This document shows positions 52,249 through 62,957 of a stretch of DNA of 64,000 nt, piece by piece. The notes under the pieces were generated by a model that was not told the origin of the DNA, searched no databases, and saw only the letters and a program-made list of their open reading frames with translations. The position numbers and the translations under genes were made by a program. The stretch is taken from contig CAVVMW010000029.1 of assembly GCA_963749495.1 (NCBI GenBank), forward strand, positions 1 to 64,000. The letters run 5' to 3'. The stretch comes from an uncultured bacterium. GTDB lineage: Bacteria > Verrucomicrobiota > Verrucomicrobiia > Limisphaerales > UBA8199. Position 1 is the stretch's first letter. Every line of letters starts with the position of its first letter.

Positions 52249-55200
52249 CTAACGATTTCGCCCATGAGCAGGCGGTTGGCCAAAGTTGACGGAGAGAACT
52301 ACCTCTACCAGGAGGAGCCGGGAACATGCGCGACATAGACCAGCACCGGCAGCGTGACGATAGATCCGCCGCTGCCCAAGAGGCCCAGCGCCAAACCGAC
52401 GAGGCCCATGAGCGATGTTGGTGCGCACGCCGTCCAAATCGAACCACTGCGACTTCATGAAGATGTGCTGTCCATCGCTGGAGAGCAAGTCCGCCAAGGC
52501 CACGGGCGCGTTGAAGGTCTTTTCCAAAGTCGTCAGGCTGTTGGTGGTCCCGGGGATCTTGTCGTCCATCACCTTTTCGATGAGCTTGACGCCGTTAGTC
52601 GGGTTGAGCGCCAGGAATCGGCAGCCGCCATCCAGGTACATCGAGCGGCCCGCCACGCAATAGACCTTGTCGTTGAGCACGAGCACGCTGCCGCTCACAG
52701 GCCAGACCGACTCGACCTGCTCATAACACATGTGCCGCAAATCGGTCGGCGCCACCAGGAAACGCCAGATCAGCGCGCCATCGGTTGCGCGCAGGCAATA
52801 AGCGTAGCCGTCGGCCGACCCCGAACAAGACGCGGCCCTGATAAATGGTGGGGGGCGAATCCACGCGGCCGCCGGCGGTAAAGCTCCATCGCTTGGAGCC
52901 CGTATCGGCATCCAAGGCATAAACTGTGTGCGTATCCACGCTCGCCACAAAGAGCGATCCCTCGGCTACGGTTACGCTGCTGAGCCTGCCGCCCAAGGTC
53001 GTTTGCCACCTCAGGTTCAAGGTCGAGGGCACTGCGTTGGTGGTGTAGCCGCTGCGCACGGTGTCATGCGCGTAATGCGTCCAGTCGTCAATCTCCGGCG
53101 GACGCGGTTTGACGAGCTTCATCCAGGACCCGCCTTGTTGGATATAGGCCACCCCGAGAGGCGCGAGCACCCGGCTCACCTCGTTGGTGGTCATCGTTCC
53201 CATGTCTTGCACCCCCGCCAAATTGACAAAATTATCAATATACGGCAGGTGGGCCCCGTCCCATTGATCGGCGGAGACATAGCCATAAACCCCCAACGAC
53301 ATCATATACTCTCGCGCCGCGGCCACCTGCGCGGGGTCTTGATCCAGGCCCTGGACCCTGTAACTGGTGTTCAGTTGCAGGGCCGCGGTCAACTGGCCGT
53401 TGCCGCACCCAACATGCGCGATGAACCCGCCTTTGACACCCGTGTCCTGGATAATTTGCGCCGCCTCGTCCTCGACCGTGCCCAGCTCGAAGATTGCGCG
53501 ATAGAACGCCTGTGCGGGCGGCGGGGAGGGCAGACTCCGGTCCTGGAAAGTCAGCAGGCCGTTGGTGGGGATCACCTCGGTGAGGATATTTACCCAATCG
53601 ACCAGATTGGTCGAGCGTTGAATAATGTAGTAGTCACCCGGGAATCCGGAGAAACGCAGTTCGAGCGGGCCTGCCACCGGCGGCGCCGATAGTGCAAACC
53701 GGTTGTAGCCAGAATTGGCCGGATTCGTCACCTCGACCATGTTGGTAACGGTGGTCAATCCACCATGTCTGTCGCTGATGGTATAGGTGAACTGGTCCGG
53801 GCCTGTATAACCGGCGTCGGGCATGTAGATGAGGGTAGTGCAATCCGAGTCCAGGCTGGCCGTCCCGTGGCTGGGTGCGCCAACCGCGACCAGCGCGAGC
53901 AGTTCGCTTTCCGGGTCCAAGGACAAGGACAACAGGTTTGCGACGTTGAGGTAAAGCGGCACGCCGCGCAGGGTCTGCGCCGCCAAACTCCCGGCCACTG
54001 GCGGGCGGTTGACGGAGATGGTCCCGTCAACAGTCAACCGGTTCAAAGACCAGTTCAAACCAGGGCCCAGTGGAGGCAGGCTCCAGGAGTAGAGTGCGCC
54101 GTCGTAACTGGGGGCGTCAAACAGTTGAAAGATCTCTCCTCCGACCAGGGTGTCGCCCTGGTAGAGCACCGTCAGGTTGCTGGCCCCGCCGAAAGCCAGT
54201 TGCTGCCTTACGACGACCTTGTTGCCACCAAACACGCCCCCATTTTTGCTGATCCGCAGTGTCGCATTTCCCTGGAGGGTCAAGCCAGCGGAGAAGTTCA
54301 ACGGGCCTGGGGCTGCGCCTGGAACGAGTGAGCCGCCCTGGGCGACAGTCACCGCACCGAGGATGGTCCCGTAGCCCCCCAAAGAATTGCTGTTGCCTAC
54401 GATCAAGCCACCGGTGAGCGCCGACGCATCCAAGATGGCGTTGCTGGCCACCAGGACACTCGAGCTGCCGGTGATGGCACCCTGGTACCGATCAGCGTAA
54501 ACTGGCCGATGGAGAATCCCGAACCGGTGATGTTGATCCGGTTCACACTGTTCACGGTGAGGTTCGTGGCATAAATGACCGGGGCGGCCGGATTGCCGAA
54601 TTCGCCGAGGTTAAAGATGTTGGTCGTGCGAGCCGAGCCACTGTCGCCAAGAACCAGGCTCGAGCTCTGTATCGTGTTGCCGGGACCTGAGGCTGTAATC
54701 GAGAGTGAGGCCCCGTTTCCGACGGTGAGCGGGCCGGTTGGTTGCCCTGCGGTGGTGGTCGCCAGGGTGCCTCCCAGCACCTTTGTCGTGCCGGCATAAC
54801 TGTTGACGCCGGAGAGGGTGAGGGTCCCCGCACCCGTTTTGGTCAGGGAGAGCGTCCCGCCTGAGTTCTGAATCACGCCGCTGAAGGTGCTGGTCTGGTC
54901 GTTGCCACCTACGCTCAAGGTCGCATTGCCGGCGCTGGCATCGACCACGCCCGCGCCGCCCAAGCCGTTGATGGTGTCATTAAACCCCGCCAGATCCAAT
55001 GTGCCGTTGGCGGTCACGTTGCCCTTGCCGGCGCCGCCGGGAATGGCGCCATTGGCGCCGAGTTGCAGGACCCCGCCGCTGATGACGGTATCCCCACTGT
55101 AGGTGTTGGGGCCGGTCAGCGTTACCGATGCGGTTCCCTGCAATGTTGATCGTCCCAGTTCCGTTGACCGAGAAGTTCGTCGCGGTGATGAGCGGTGTTG

Positions 55201-56322
55201 TCGGCTTGCCAAAGGCGCCCAGGTCAAGCGCCAGCGTTTCCTGGTCGGCCGCACGGGCGCCGAGCGTCAAGGAGGACATGTTCACCATGCCATTCGAGGT
55301 GCCCACGGTAACCCCAAGGGTTGCCCCGTTGCCCACACTGAAAGGACCTCCGCCGGTGGGTCCGGTCCATACGATCAACTCCGAGCCCGTGTTGGTCACC
55401 AGCGTCAGGCCCCGATAGTTGCTGGCCGCCTCGTGCAAGGTGAGACTGCCGCCGGCAACAGTAAGGTTCACTTTTCGGAGGGGTTGGTCCACGATCCGGC
55501 CCAGGTAGGTCGAGGGAGTCAGGCTATTGCTGAAGGTCAGAGTGGAATCGCTTGACCCGCTGCTGTTTGTGCTCTCCCATTCAAGTCCAACGTGCCTTGC
55601 ACCACCACGTCGCCAAAGCCCGCCCCGAAAGGCAGCGCACCGTCGGCCGCCAGGACCAGGGTGCCCGCGGCCACGGTTGTATCACCGGCATAGTCGTTGG
55701 CTTGATTCCCCAGTTGGAGAGCACCCGCGCCCTCTTTGGTCAATCCGCCGCTGCCCGTCACATGGCCGTTCAGAATAACCGTCCCGCCCGCCACATCGCC
55801 TACTGTCAACAGGTATCCTCCATTGGTAATTGAGCGCGTAAAAATCAAGGCATCGGCCGGAGCGGCATTGCTGATGATCGCCGGGCGGGTGAACGTAACC
55901 GGCATCTCCAAAACGTTGGCGCTGCTGGGAGCCACGCTTGGATTCCAGAACACCGCTACCCCGGGCCCGGTCAGATTGATCGGCATGCCAGCCAGGTCCC
56001 AGCCGTCGTTGGTGAAGGTGATCGAGGCGAAGGCCGTATCCGCAGGGAAGTCGTTCCTGTTGGCGTTCAGGCTGGTGCCAAACACGAGGCTGTCACCCGG
56101 CGAGGGCGCCACCCCTCCATACCAATTCCCTTCGGTCATCCAAGTGGCTTCAAGCTCCGGGTTCGAGCCATCCCATGCCACCGTTGCCGCCTGCCCCTGC
56201 CAAACCGCCCAGAGCAGCCAGGCTGTGAACACCAAACATGCCTGCGCAACGCCGCCGTTGCCTCCGTGGCGCGGGGTCGGCCAGGCTCCGAGATTTCCAA
56301 TGTTCATGCCGTTTCCTTTCAT
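52249..56322 (-). pseudogene. Fragmented secreted protein: autotransporter-associated beta-strand repeats + Ig-like domain + methyltransferase-like + PQQ-type beta-propeller
   Basis: GGLTKEGAGALQL, NTYSGDTVISGGVL, LTKTGAGTLTLSGVNSYAG; YMPDAGYTGPDQFTYTISD; HVGCGNGQLT; WSFTAGGRVDSPPT; GRSMYLDGG, spread over five ORFs. Confidence 0.8.
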
Positions 56323-56631
56323 GCCGTTCCGTATTCAGGTTCGGCTAAACTCCCCCTGCCCCACGGACCCGCGAGTCTGCAGGGAGCAGACGCTCTTGCC
56401 GTGGCCGAAGCCGGCCGGCTAAACGAGCGCCTGGTGACGGGCTTTTCTTGACTCAAGGATCCCCAGCCGGTCAAGCGAGGATACGAGAAAATTAACCACA
56501 ACGTAAGATTAGTCAATAGATCACGTCCCGATGAATGTCAGGCCAAGACACCCCGAGATTGCGGTTGCGCCATCGGCAACCCTGTAGCATGGTTAGAGGC
56601 CTTTGGAATATTGATGCCGCAATTTCGCACC

Positions 56632-56850
56632 ATGCGTATCGTCTTGCCCGCGGTTGTCGGCGGCTTGCTCGCGCCGGCGGCCCTGCTCGCGTGCAATGTG
56701 CCCGTTTTTCGGTACGCCCTGGAGCGGTGGACCCCGGACCAGTACGTGGCCGTCGTGTTCTACAGGGAACCACTCCGAGCCGAGCAGCAGAACCTGGTCG
56801 AGGCGCTTGAGAAAGCGGGCAAAGACGGCGGGGCCAATTTGGTCGTTTGG
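56632..56850 (+). pseudogene. N-terminal remnant of a secreted protein, in frame with the next gene
   Basis: Signal peptide followed by ACNVPVFRYALERW. Confidence 0.55.
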
Positions 56851-56862
56851 AAAGTCAAATTT

Positions 56863-58902
56863 ATGGTAGTAATCGGACCGATGCTATTCGCGACCCACCC
56901 GGGTGGTCAGCTCCAGTCGAGCATTGGAACCCTGTTCCCCCGGCACGAGGTCATCATCACGAGCCCACCCCTGCACGCCCTGCAGCGGGAGGCTTTCAAG
57001 GAATGGTTCCAGAAAAAGGAAGCCGAGGCGGGCCGGCGGGCCGCGACGGAGCTAAAGCTTTGCTGGGAAGCCGCCGAGAGCGTGGACCTGTTCTTTGCGC
57101 GCGGCGGGCTTGTGATGATCCGCCCGGAGCTGGAGCGGCTGGATCTGGCCTTCGACGCCGACGAGGATCTGCAGGCCAAATGGGGGGTGCCCCTCCACCG
57201 CATCAGCTTCATGTCGGTCAACGACAAGCGTGTCAGGCAGGCGCTGCGGGAACGAGGGGAGCTCTGGCGCATCAGCGCGCCGGCCTCGGAGCATGGGCGG
57301 ACTGAAGATGCCATTGCCCAAGCCAGGGTGGGAATCCACCACGGGGCCATCTACTACTACAACGCCCAGAGCGGGACGCGCTGGCTGACCTGCGGTCAGT
57401 TCGCGCAACTGGCGTCCCTGCCAGACGAAAAGTTGGCCGCGCAACTGGAGGAGGTCGCCGAGCACTGCGGCCACCGGAACCGGCACGGAAACCCGGAGGT
57501 GGCGTTCCTGGGGGCCGACCCCCTCCGGTTCGGGGCCCCAAACCTGCAGGGCCACAAGTTCGGCCAACTGCCAGCCGCGGAAACGCGGGCGCGCCACGCG
57601 GCCCTGGCGGCGCAGTTCCGCGAGGCAACCGAGCCGGCCCTGCAGGAGGACAGGCCGCAATGGGGGCCCTGGCAAGTGCGGGTCTTCGCCGCCATCACGG
57701 CAGAGGCAGGGGGGCCGCGCGAAGAGCTGGAGGGGATGGGGGGAGAGCTGGCCCCCAAGGTGCGATGGCTGCCGGGAGGCTGCTTCAAGGAGGGCGAATT
57801 CCACTTCGCGCCCAACTGCAGCGCGGAGGGCGCCCCGCCCAAGGACCAGGAACTGCGGGGGCTGTGGGATTCCCTGGCGCGCGGGTTCATCACCAACTTC
57901 ATACGGGAGCACAGCGACATCGAATACCTGAACCTGGGCCGGATCGAGGGCACCGGCCCGAGCCCCCAAGGAGGCCGGCGAGGGGTTTACCTGGCGGAGA
58001 TCAAAGTGCGGGACGAGCCCAACCCCCGGCGCCTGCTCCTGCGGGTGCTGCGCTGGGGCCTGCCGGAGCGGCTGGACGAGAGGGACGAGCAGGGCCGGCC
58101 AAAAGACTTCTTCCGGGCGGTGTTCGAGACCGAAGAGTACATTGACTATACGCTGGACCGGCGGCTGGGGTGCCTGCAGTTTGGGATGCACCTGCCCAGG
58201 CGGGTCAACATGCGGCGGGTGAGCGAACTCTACCGGGGGACGCGCTTCGAATTCACCGGCCGCTTCCTGCCGGTCATCTACTTCGAACGGGACTTCCTGG
58301 CCGGGATCCCGACCAACAGGGTCCCGGAGCGCAAGCTGGCCGAACCCCGCTACGCGCTCCTGCTGGCCAACCTGCTGGGCAAGGCAGCGGCACCCAACAT
58401 CATCGTGGGACGGAGCCGCGAGCCCAAGCCCAAGGAAGAACTGGAGCCCGCGGTGTTCGACGATGGCAACGAGATCATCGTCGAGTCCTCGGAGGGACTG
58501 CCGCGAGATATCGTGGTCGTGGACCACAGCGGGGCCTTCGCGGGGTGGCGGCCGACGAGCCTGCTGGCGTTCGCCGAGGCTTACGCAGGACCGGTGAACA
58601 ACCGGGCCACGCAGGTGCCCGACCCCAGGGCGTTCGCGGATGCCTACCTGGGGGCCTTCGCAGCGGAATTCCAGCGCATCCAGACCGAATACCGGCGGCA
58701 GCCGGGTGCCTTTGAAGGCCTCTTCAAGCAACAGCCCTGCAACGAACAGGGGAACTTCGCCTGCCGCTGGACCCGAGTGCTGCAACGGCTGCGGGAGACG
58801 GACCTGCGGAGCCTGGTCGCCGGGATCCGCCGCCACATCACCGTGCTCAAGCAGGCGGAGGCCAAAGAAGAGGGGGCGACGAGATACCGAGCATTTAGCT
58901 GA
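56863..58902 (+). CDS. Large hypothetical protein, possibly with a kinase-like C-terminal half
   Basis: Long GC3-biased ORF with probable ATG at 56863; NIIVGR..FDDGNEII..VVVDHSGAF. Confidence 0.6.
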   Translation: MVVIGPMLFATHPGGQLQSSIGTLFPRHEVIITSPPLHALQREAFKEWFQKKEAEAGRRAATELKLCWEAAESVDLFFARGGLVMIRPELERLDLAFDADEDLQAKWGVPLHRISFMSVNDKRVRQALRERGELWRISAPASEHGRTEDAIAQARVGIHHGAIYYYNAQSGTRWLTCGQFAQLASLPDEKLAAQLEEVAEHCGHRNRHGNPEVAFLGADPLRFGAPNLQGHKFGQLPAAETRARHAALAAQFREATEPALQEDRPQWGPWQVRVFAAITAEAGGPREELEGMGGELAPKVRWLPGGCFKEGEFHFAPNCSAEGAPPKDQELRGLWDSLARGFITNFIREHSDIEYLNLGRIEGTGPSPQGGRRGVYLAEIKVRDEPNPRRLLLRVLRWGLPERLDERDEQGRPKDFFRAVFETEEYIDYTLDRRLGCLQFGMHLPRRVNMRRVSELYRGTRFEFTGRFLPVIYFERDFLAGIPTNRVPERKLAEPRYALLLANLLGKAAAPNIIVGRSREPKPKEELEPAVFDDGNEIIVESSEGLPRDIVVVDHSGAFAGWRPTSLLAFAEAYAGPVNNRATQVPDPRAFADAYLGAFAAEFQRIQTEYRRQPGAFEGLFKQQPCNEQGNFACRWTRVLQRLRETDLRSLVAGIRRHITVLKQAEAKEEGATRYRAFS

Positions 58903-58919
58903 TTTCAAAGGTATCCGGT

Positions 58920-61298
58920 TCATTTTCCAACAAGCGGCTGGGCGACGTTTGGCGGTGCTGGGGGGATCTCCGCGGGTTTCGGCAGAGTGGCTTCGATCAA
59001 TTGGCCTTTGTTCAGAGTCAACTCGAAGTTGTCGCCGACTTTGCGGACGCCGCTCCGGCTCCACTCCGGGGTTCGTCCTCCGAAGTTGTCCCGAATGCGC
59101 ACCAGACCGTCCTTGCCGGCCACGAGCCGGAACCAGGTCGTCGCGTTGTTCTCGCGGCGGGCGCTGAGGCGGTGGCCGCCCTCGGCCCGCAGGCCGGCAA
59201 ACGACGCGTCATGCCAGCGCCACGGGGCCGCCGGGAAGAGGCGCACGATCTCGGTGTCGCGCCGGCCGGGAGTGGAACTCCAGCTTTGCAGCAGCATCTC
59301 GTGCACGGCTTGCATCGCCAGGAAGTTTCCCTCGAGCGTGAAGGGGCGGTAGGTCATGCTCGAAAACCCGCTGTGCGTCTGGTCGCCGTTCACATGGAAA
59401 CCATTCCGCAAAATGAAGGCGTGGACAAACACATCGAGGTCCCGCACCGCCGTCTCGGCGTCACCGGCGCGGGCGCGCAGACAGCTCATCCACGACCACG
59501 AGTAGCCGCACCAGGCGCTGGTGCCCAGCGTGTCCCATTGCGCCAGCGAAGCCCGGATGTGGCGCCGGTCTTGCTCGCCGCCATCAGAGGTGGTGAGGTT
59601 GAATGGATACAGGCCGATGATGTTCGAGAGATGGCGGTGGCTGTACGGCAGTGGGGTTGCTGTGTCCACCAGCAACATGCCGCTGGCATCCGCGTGAAAA
59701 TCGCCGAGTGCCGCGGCAGTGGCAGCCCACGATTTCGCCTCGTCGGCCTTGCCAAGGGCATCGGCCATTTCGGAGAGCGCCAGGAAGAGCATTTTCAGGC
59801 AGGCGATGTCGTAGTTGCTGTTGGGGATCAGCCAGGCGCGGAGGCTGTTGTCGAAGATCTCCGGCGAAGAGGACCGGAACAATTTCAACACCCCGTTTGT
59901 GCCGGGTTTGAGCAACGCGCGTTCGCACTCGCCGATCTCCCGGCAGAAGGGATAGGCCCGCGAGCGGAGAAACTCGTTGTCTGCGGTGTAGCGCCAATGC
60001 AGATAAAACAAATGCGCGTTCCACGCGCCCATCGTCGGGGAGAGCGAATACTGCCCCCAGCCCCCGAGTGGTTGGCCCGCCAGCGACATCACCCCGGGAA
60101 CCGCGGCGCCGGGGGTTTCATAGAAGTCCCTGGCAAACTCGCGGAACACCGGCAGGAGATCGAACAGGTAGTCGAGAAAACAGGCGCCTTCGTCGAAATT
60201 CCCCGCCTCCTGGTAACCGATATAGGTCATCTGCGTGTTGAGGTCGTTGTGATAATCGCCCTTCCACGGCGGCAGCCCGCCGTTGTCGGCGGTCCACACA
60301 CCCTGCAAGGGCATCGGCGGGGCGCCGCGCCGCGAGGCCGCGCCGTAAAAATAGCGCGCCAGATAATAGTGCCTCTCAATGTCAGGCTCGGGCACTTGGA
60401 GGTTGGATCGTGCCCAGAACTGCCGCCACCACAGCGCGTGCGGCTTGAGCATCGCCTCGTGTGGCTGCGCCAGTGCGCCGGAGCAGCGCCGGCGAGCCAG
60501 GGCCAGCACATCGGCCGCATCCTTCGTGGAGGTGACGGCGACCGCCGCGATCGTCTGGTTGCCAACGCGTCTTGTTTCGATGCAGACGCAATACGTCAAG
60601 CCTTCAGCGGCTTCCTGCACATACCATTGGGCGCGACCCTCGTGCCCGTGCACCGCCGGCGGATATCCCAGCGCCCGGACCGCGCCGCCGCTGCTCGGCC
60701 CCGCATCACCGCCCTGCTTCTTGGCTCCCGACGGAATCAAATCGAACGACTTCGGCTCCGGACCAGGAATGCGGATCAAGGCAACCGGTTCCGCCGCGCT
60801 GAAAAACGCTTCCAGATTCGCGCCCCCGGCGAGATGCGCAAAGCCTTCCGCCGTGGCAAGATTCAGCTCGAACGCACTGATGCTCTGCGAAGAGTCCAGC
60901 GTGATCTCCAAACGGCCCGCAGGGAGTTTCGTGGGCGTCACGCCGTTGTACGGCCCGTCCCAGTCGCCGCCCTTTTTCCAGTTGCGGCTCTTCCACCACT
61001 CCCTTTCGCCATTGGGCCGCTCATCCCACAGGTCGCCGCGGTCGAGCGAAAGGCGCACCACATTCCTGTCGCCCCAAAGCAATCCGCCCATCAGCCCGTT
61101 CCCCAAGGGTATCGCCTCGTCCCAGGAATTGATCGGCGCAGTGAGACGCAGATTCAGTGTTGCACCCGGCAATGACGGCTCATCTGGCAACGGCGGCTTT
61201 GGCCCATGGCCGGTCTGCGCTCCCGGCGCGGCGCACAAGGCGGCAGACGCACACACGACAAGGCCAAGCCAAGTCCTTAGAACTGTTTTGCGCTTCAT
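58920..61298 (-). CDS. GH95 alpha-L-fucosidase-like glycoside hydrolase
   Basis: WDEAIPLGNG, PLQGVW, WKGDYHNDLNTQMTY, SSSPE, HRHLS, TLEGNF, EMLLQS, GLRAEGG. Confidence 0.92.
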   Translation of the reverse strand: MKRKTVLRTWLGLVVCASAALCAAPGAQTGHGPKPPLPDEPSLPGATLNLRLTAPINSWDEAIPLGNGLMGGLLWGDRNVVRLSLDRGDLWDERPNGEREWWKSRNWKKGGDWDGPYNGVTPTKLPAGRLEITLDSSQSISAFELNLATAEGFAHLAGGANLEAFFSAAEPVALIRIPGPEPKSFDLIPSGAKKQGGDAGPSSGGAVRALGYPPAVHGHEGRAQWYVQEAAEGLTYCVCIETRRVGNQTIAAVAVTSTKDAADVLALARRRCSGALAQPHEAMLKPHALWWRQFWARSNLQVPEPDIERHYYLARYFYGAASRRGAPPMPLQGVWTADNGGLPPWKGDYHNDLNTQMTYIGYQEAGNFDEGACFLDYLFDLLPVFREFARDFYETPGAAVPGVMSLAGQPLGGWGQYSLSPTMGAWNAHLFYLHWRYTADNEFLRSRAYPFCREIGECERALLKPGTNGVLKLFRSSSPEIFDNSLRAWLIPNSNYDIACLKMLFLALSEMADALGKADEAKSWAATAAALGDFHADASGMLLVDTATPLPYSHRHLSNIIGLYPFNLTTSDGGEQDRRHIRASLAQWDTLGTSAWCGYSWSWMSCLRARAGDAETAVRDLDVFVHAFILRNGFHVNGDQTHSGFSSMTYRPFTLEGNFLAMQAVHEMLLQSWSSTPGRRDTEIVRLFPAAPWRWHDASFAGLRAEGGHRLSARRENNATTWFRLVAGKDGLVRIRDNFGGRTPEWSRSGVRKVGDNFELTLNKGQLIEATLPKPAEIPPAPPNVAQPLVGK

Positions 61299-61484
61299 TG
61301 CTCCCGAGTGAACCCGTTCGCGTTCGTTTGTGCAATGAACTTCTGAGCGTGGCGCCTCGAGTGATCGACATGCCCGAGGGGCACGAGGTCGGGAATGTCG
61401 GGCATAATCGAACGTACCGGATGGGCCTCAGGAGTTTCCAAAACCGGGGGCTTCATGTTAGGCTGGCCGTCGATGCAACCGGAC

Positions 61485-62705
61485 ATGGCCGTGAAACTTA
61501 ACAGATTCCTCTGGCGACTGAGCCCCCTGGCAACTGTGATTCTCCTTGAACTCGTGTCCTCCGCCGCAAATGATCAGTTGCTCTACTTTACGTCGACGAG
61601 TCTGCTGGCGGACGACCAGCGCATCGTGTTCCTCAGCGACCGAAGCGGCCAGCCGAACATCTTTCTGCGAGACCTCAAGACCGGGGAGGACAAACAGCTT
61701 ACCTTCAATACCGAGGGTTTTCTCAAGTCCTACGTTTACTTCGATGGCCAACCGTATCGCGGCCTGGGCCGCGCCAGCGTGAGCCTGGACGCGCAGCGCG
61801 GGGCCGTCTATTTCATCCAGGGCCGGAAGATTTGCGCGGTGCACACCAACGGCCTTGAGCGCGTGCTCGCCGAATATCCCGCAGGCCAGATGACCGCGTT
61901 CACGCACGTTTCCGCCGACGGGACGCGGCTCTGTGTGCCGACAACCGACGCCCGCGCGCTGGACGACGAAGCGCCCTTGAAAGGCAAACCGGATTACGAC
62001 ATTGATGAGCGGGTCCAAAAGGAGAATCTCTCGTCGTATCTGCGCGTTTATGACACCGCCACCGGCAAGGAGATTCTGTGCGAACGGGTGCCGAAGGCGT
62101 GGATCACGCACGTCCAGTTTTCGCCGCGCGACAACAATCTGATTCTATACAATCACGAGTGGTGTTCCGATTGCGGCATCCGCCGGATGTGGCTGTGGGA
62201 TGGCCGCCGGCACATCCGCCTGCGCACCGAAGGCGAGGGCCGCAGCCGCGCGGACTGGACTTGCCACGAAATGTGGGAGCGCGACGGCTCGGCCATTATT
62301 TATCACGGCAGCTATCGCAATGGCCCAACCTACCTTGGCCGCGTAAACCCCGATGGCAGCGGAGTGACGGAAATCGCCCTGCCCAAAGAGTGGAACCGCT
62401 ACGGACATTTCACCGTCGGCCGTCCCGGTTGGCTGGTCACCGATGGTTGCTATGTGCAGCCGGAGGACCCGAAAAAACCCGGCGGCGCGTGGATCAGCGT
62501 GCTCAAGGTGGACTGGGCGGCCAAGCATTACGACTGGCAGCCGTTGTGCCAGCACGGCTCAAGCTGGAGCTCACAGGACGCCCATCCGCATCCGATCTTC
62601 AACCACGCCGCCGACGCGGTTTACTTCACATCCGACGCGAAGGGAAGGCGCACAATTTGCCGCGTGGCTGTGCCGGAAAGACTGGCCGGGCCGACGGCGC
62701 CGTGA
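61485..62705 (+). CDS. Oligogalacturonate lyase-like beta-propeller protein
   Basis: LYFT, FLSDRSG, HVQFSP, YNHE, RMW, HEMW, HPHPIF..VYFTSD. Confidence 0.78.
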   Translation: MAVKLNRFLWRLSPLATVILLELVSSAANDQLLYFTSTSLLADDQRIVFLSDRSGQPNIFLRDLKTGEDKQLTFNTEGFLKSYVYFDGQPYRGLGRASVSLDAQRGAVYFIQGRKICAVHTNGLERVLAEYPAGQMTAFTHVSADGTRLCVPTTDARALDDEAPLKGKPDYDIDERVQKENLSSYLRVYDTATGKEILCERVPKAWITHVQFSPRDNNLILYNHEWCSDCGIRRMWLWDGRRHIRLRTEGEGRSRADWTCHEMWERDGSAIIYHGSYRNGPTYLGRVNPDGSGVTEIALPKEWNRYGHFTVGRPGWLVTDGCYVQPEDPKKPGGAWISVLKVDWAAKHYDWQPLCQHGSSWSSQDAHPHPIFNHAADAVYFTSDAKGRRTICRVAVPERLAGPTAP

Positions 62706-62726
62706 TGAGCGGCGTCGCTTCTTTCA

Positions 62727-62930
62727 TCATGCACCCCCGGCCATAGCTCGCTCGGCTTGCACCGCCAGCGCGGCCGGCGTTAGGCCTTTCCGGAAGGCAT
62801 TGAAACCCAAGGGCGTGGGGGCAAAGGTTCCAACCCAATCCACGTTGGTCTGCGGTGGAATCCGATCCTCCAGGCCGAGCGCCCAAAAACAGGCATTCAC
62901 GACCATGCGGCGAAAGCCTTCGCTCTCGAA
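62727..62930 (-). pseudogene. C-terminal remnant of a ThuA-like protein
   Basis: Manual translation FESEGFRRMVVNACFWALGLEDRIP..NVDWVG.F.PTPLGF. Confidence 0.5.
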
Positions 62931-62957
62931 ACAATGAGGAAGATCCCACGTTTCACA

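Noticed and set aside
57052..61175. Long antisense ORFs (57052-59064 minus, 59001-61175 plus; also 25518-26888 plus and 663-1979 minus)
   Set aside because: They are shadows of strongly GC3-biased real genes on the opposite strand and carry no motifs.
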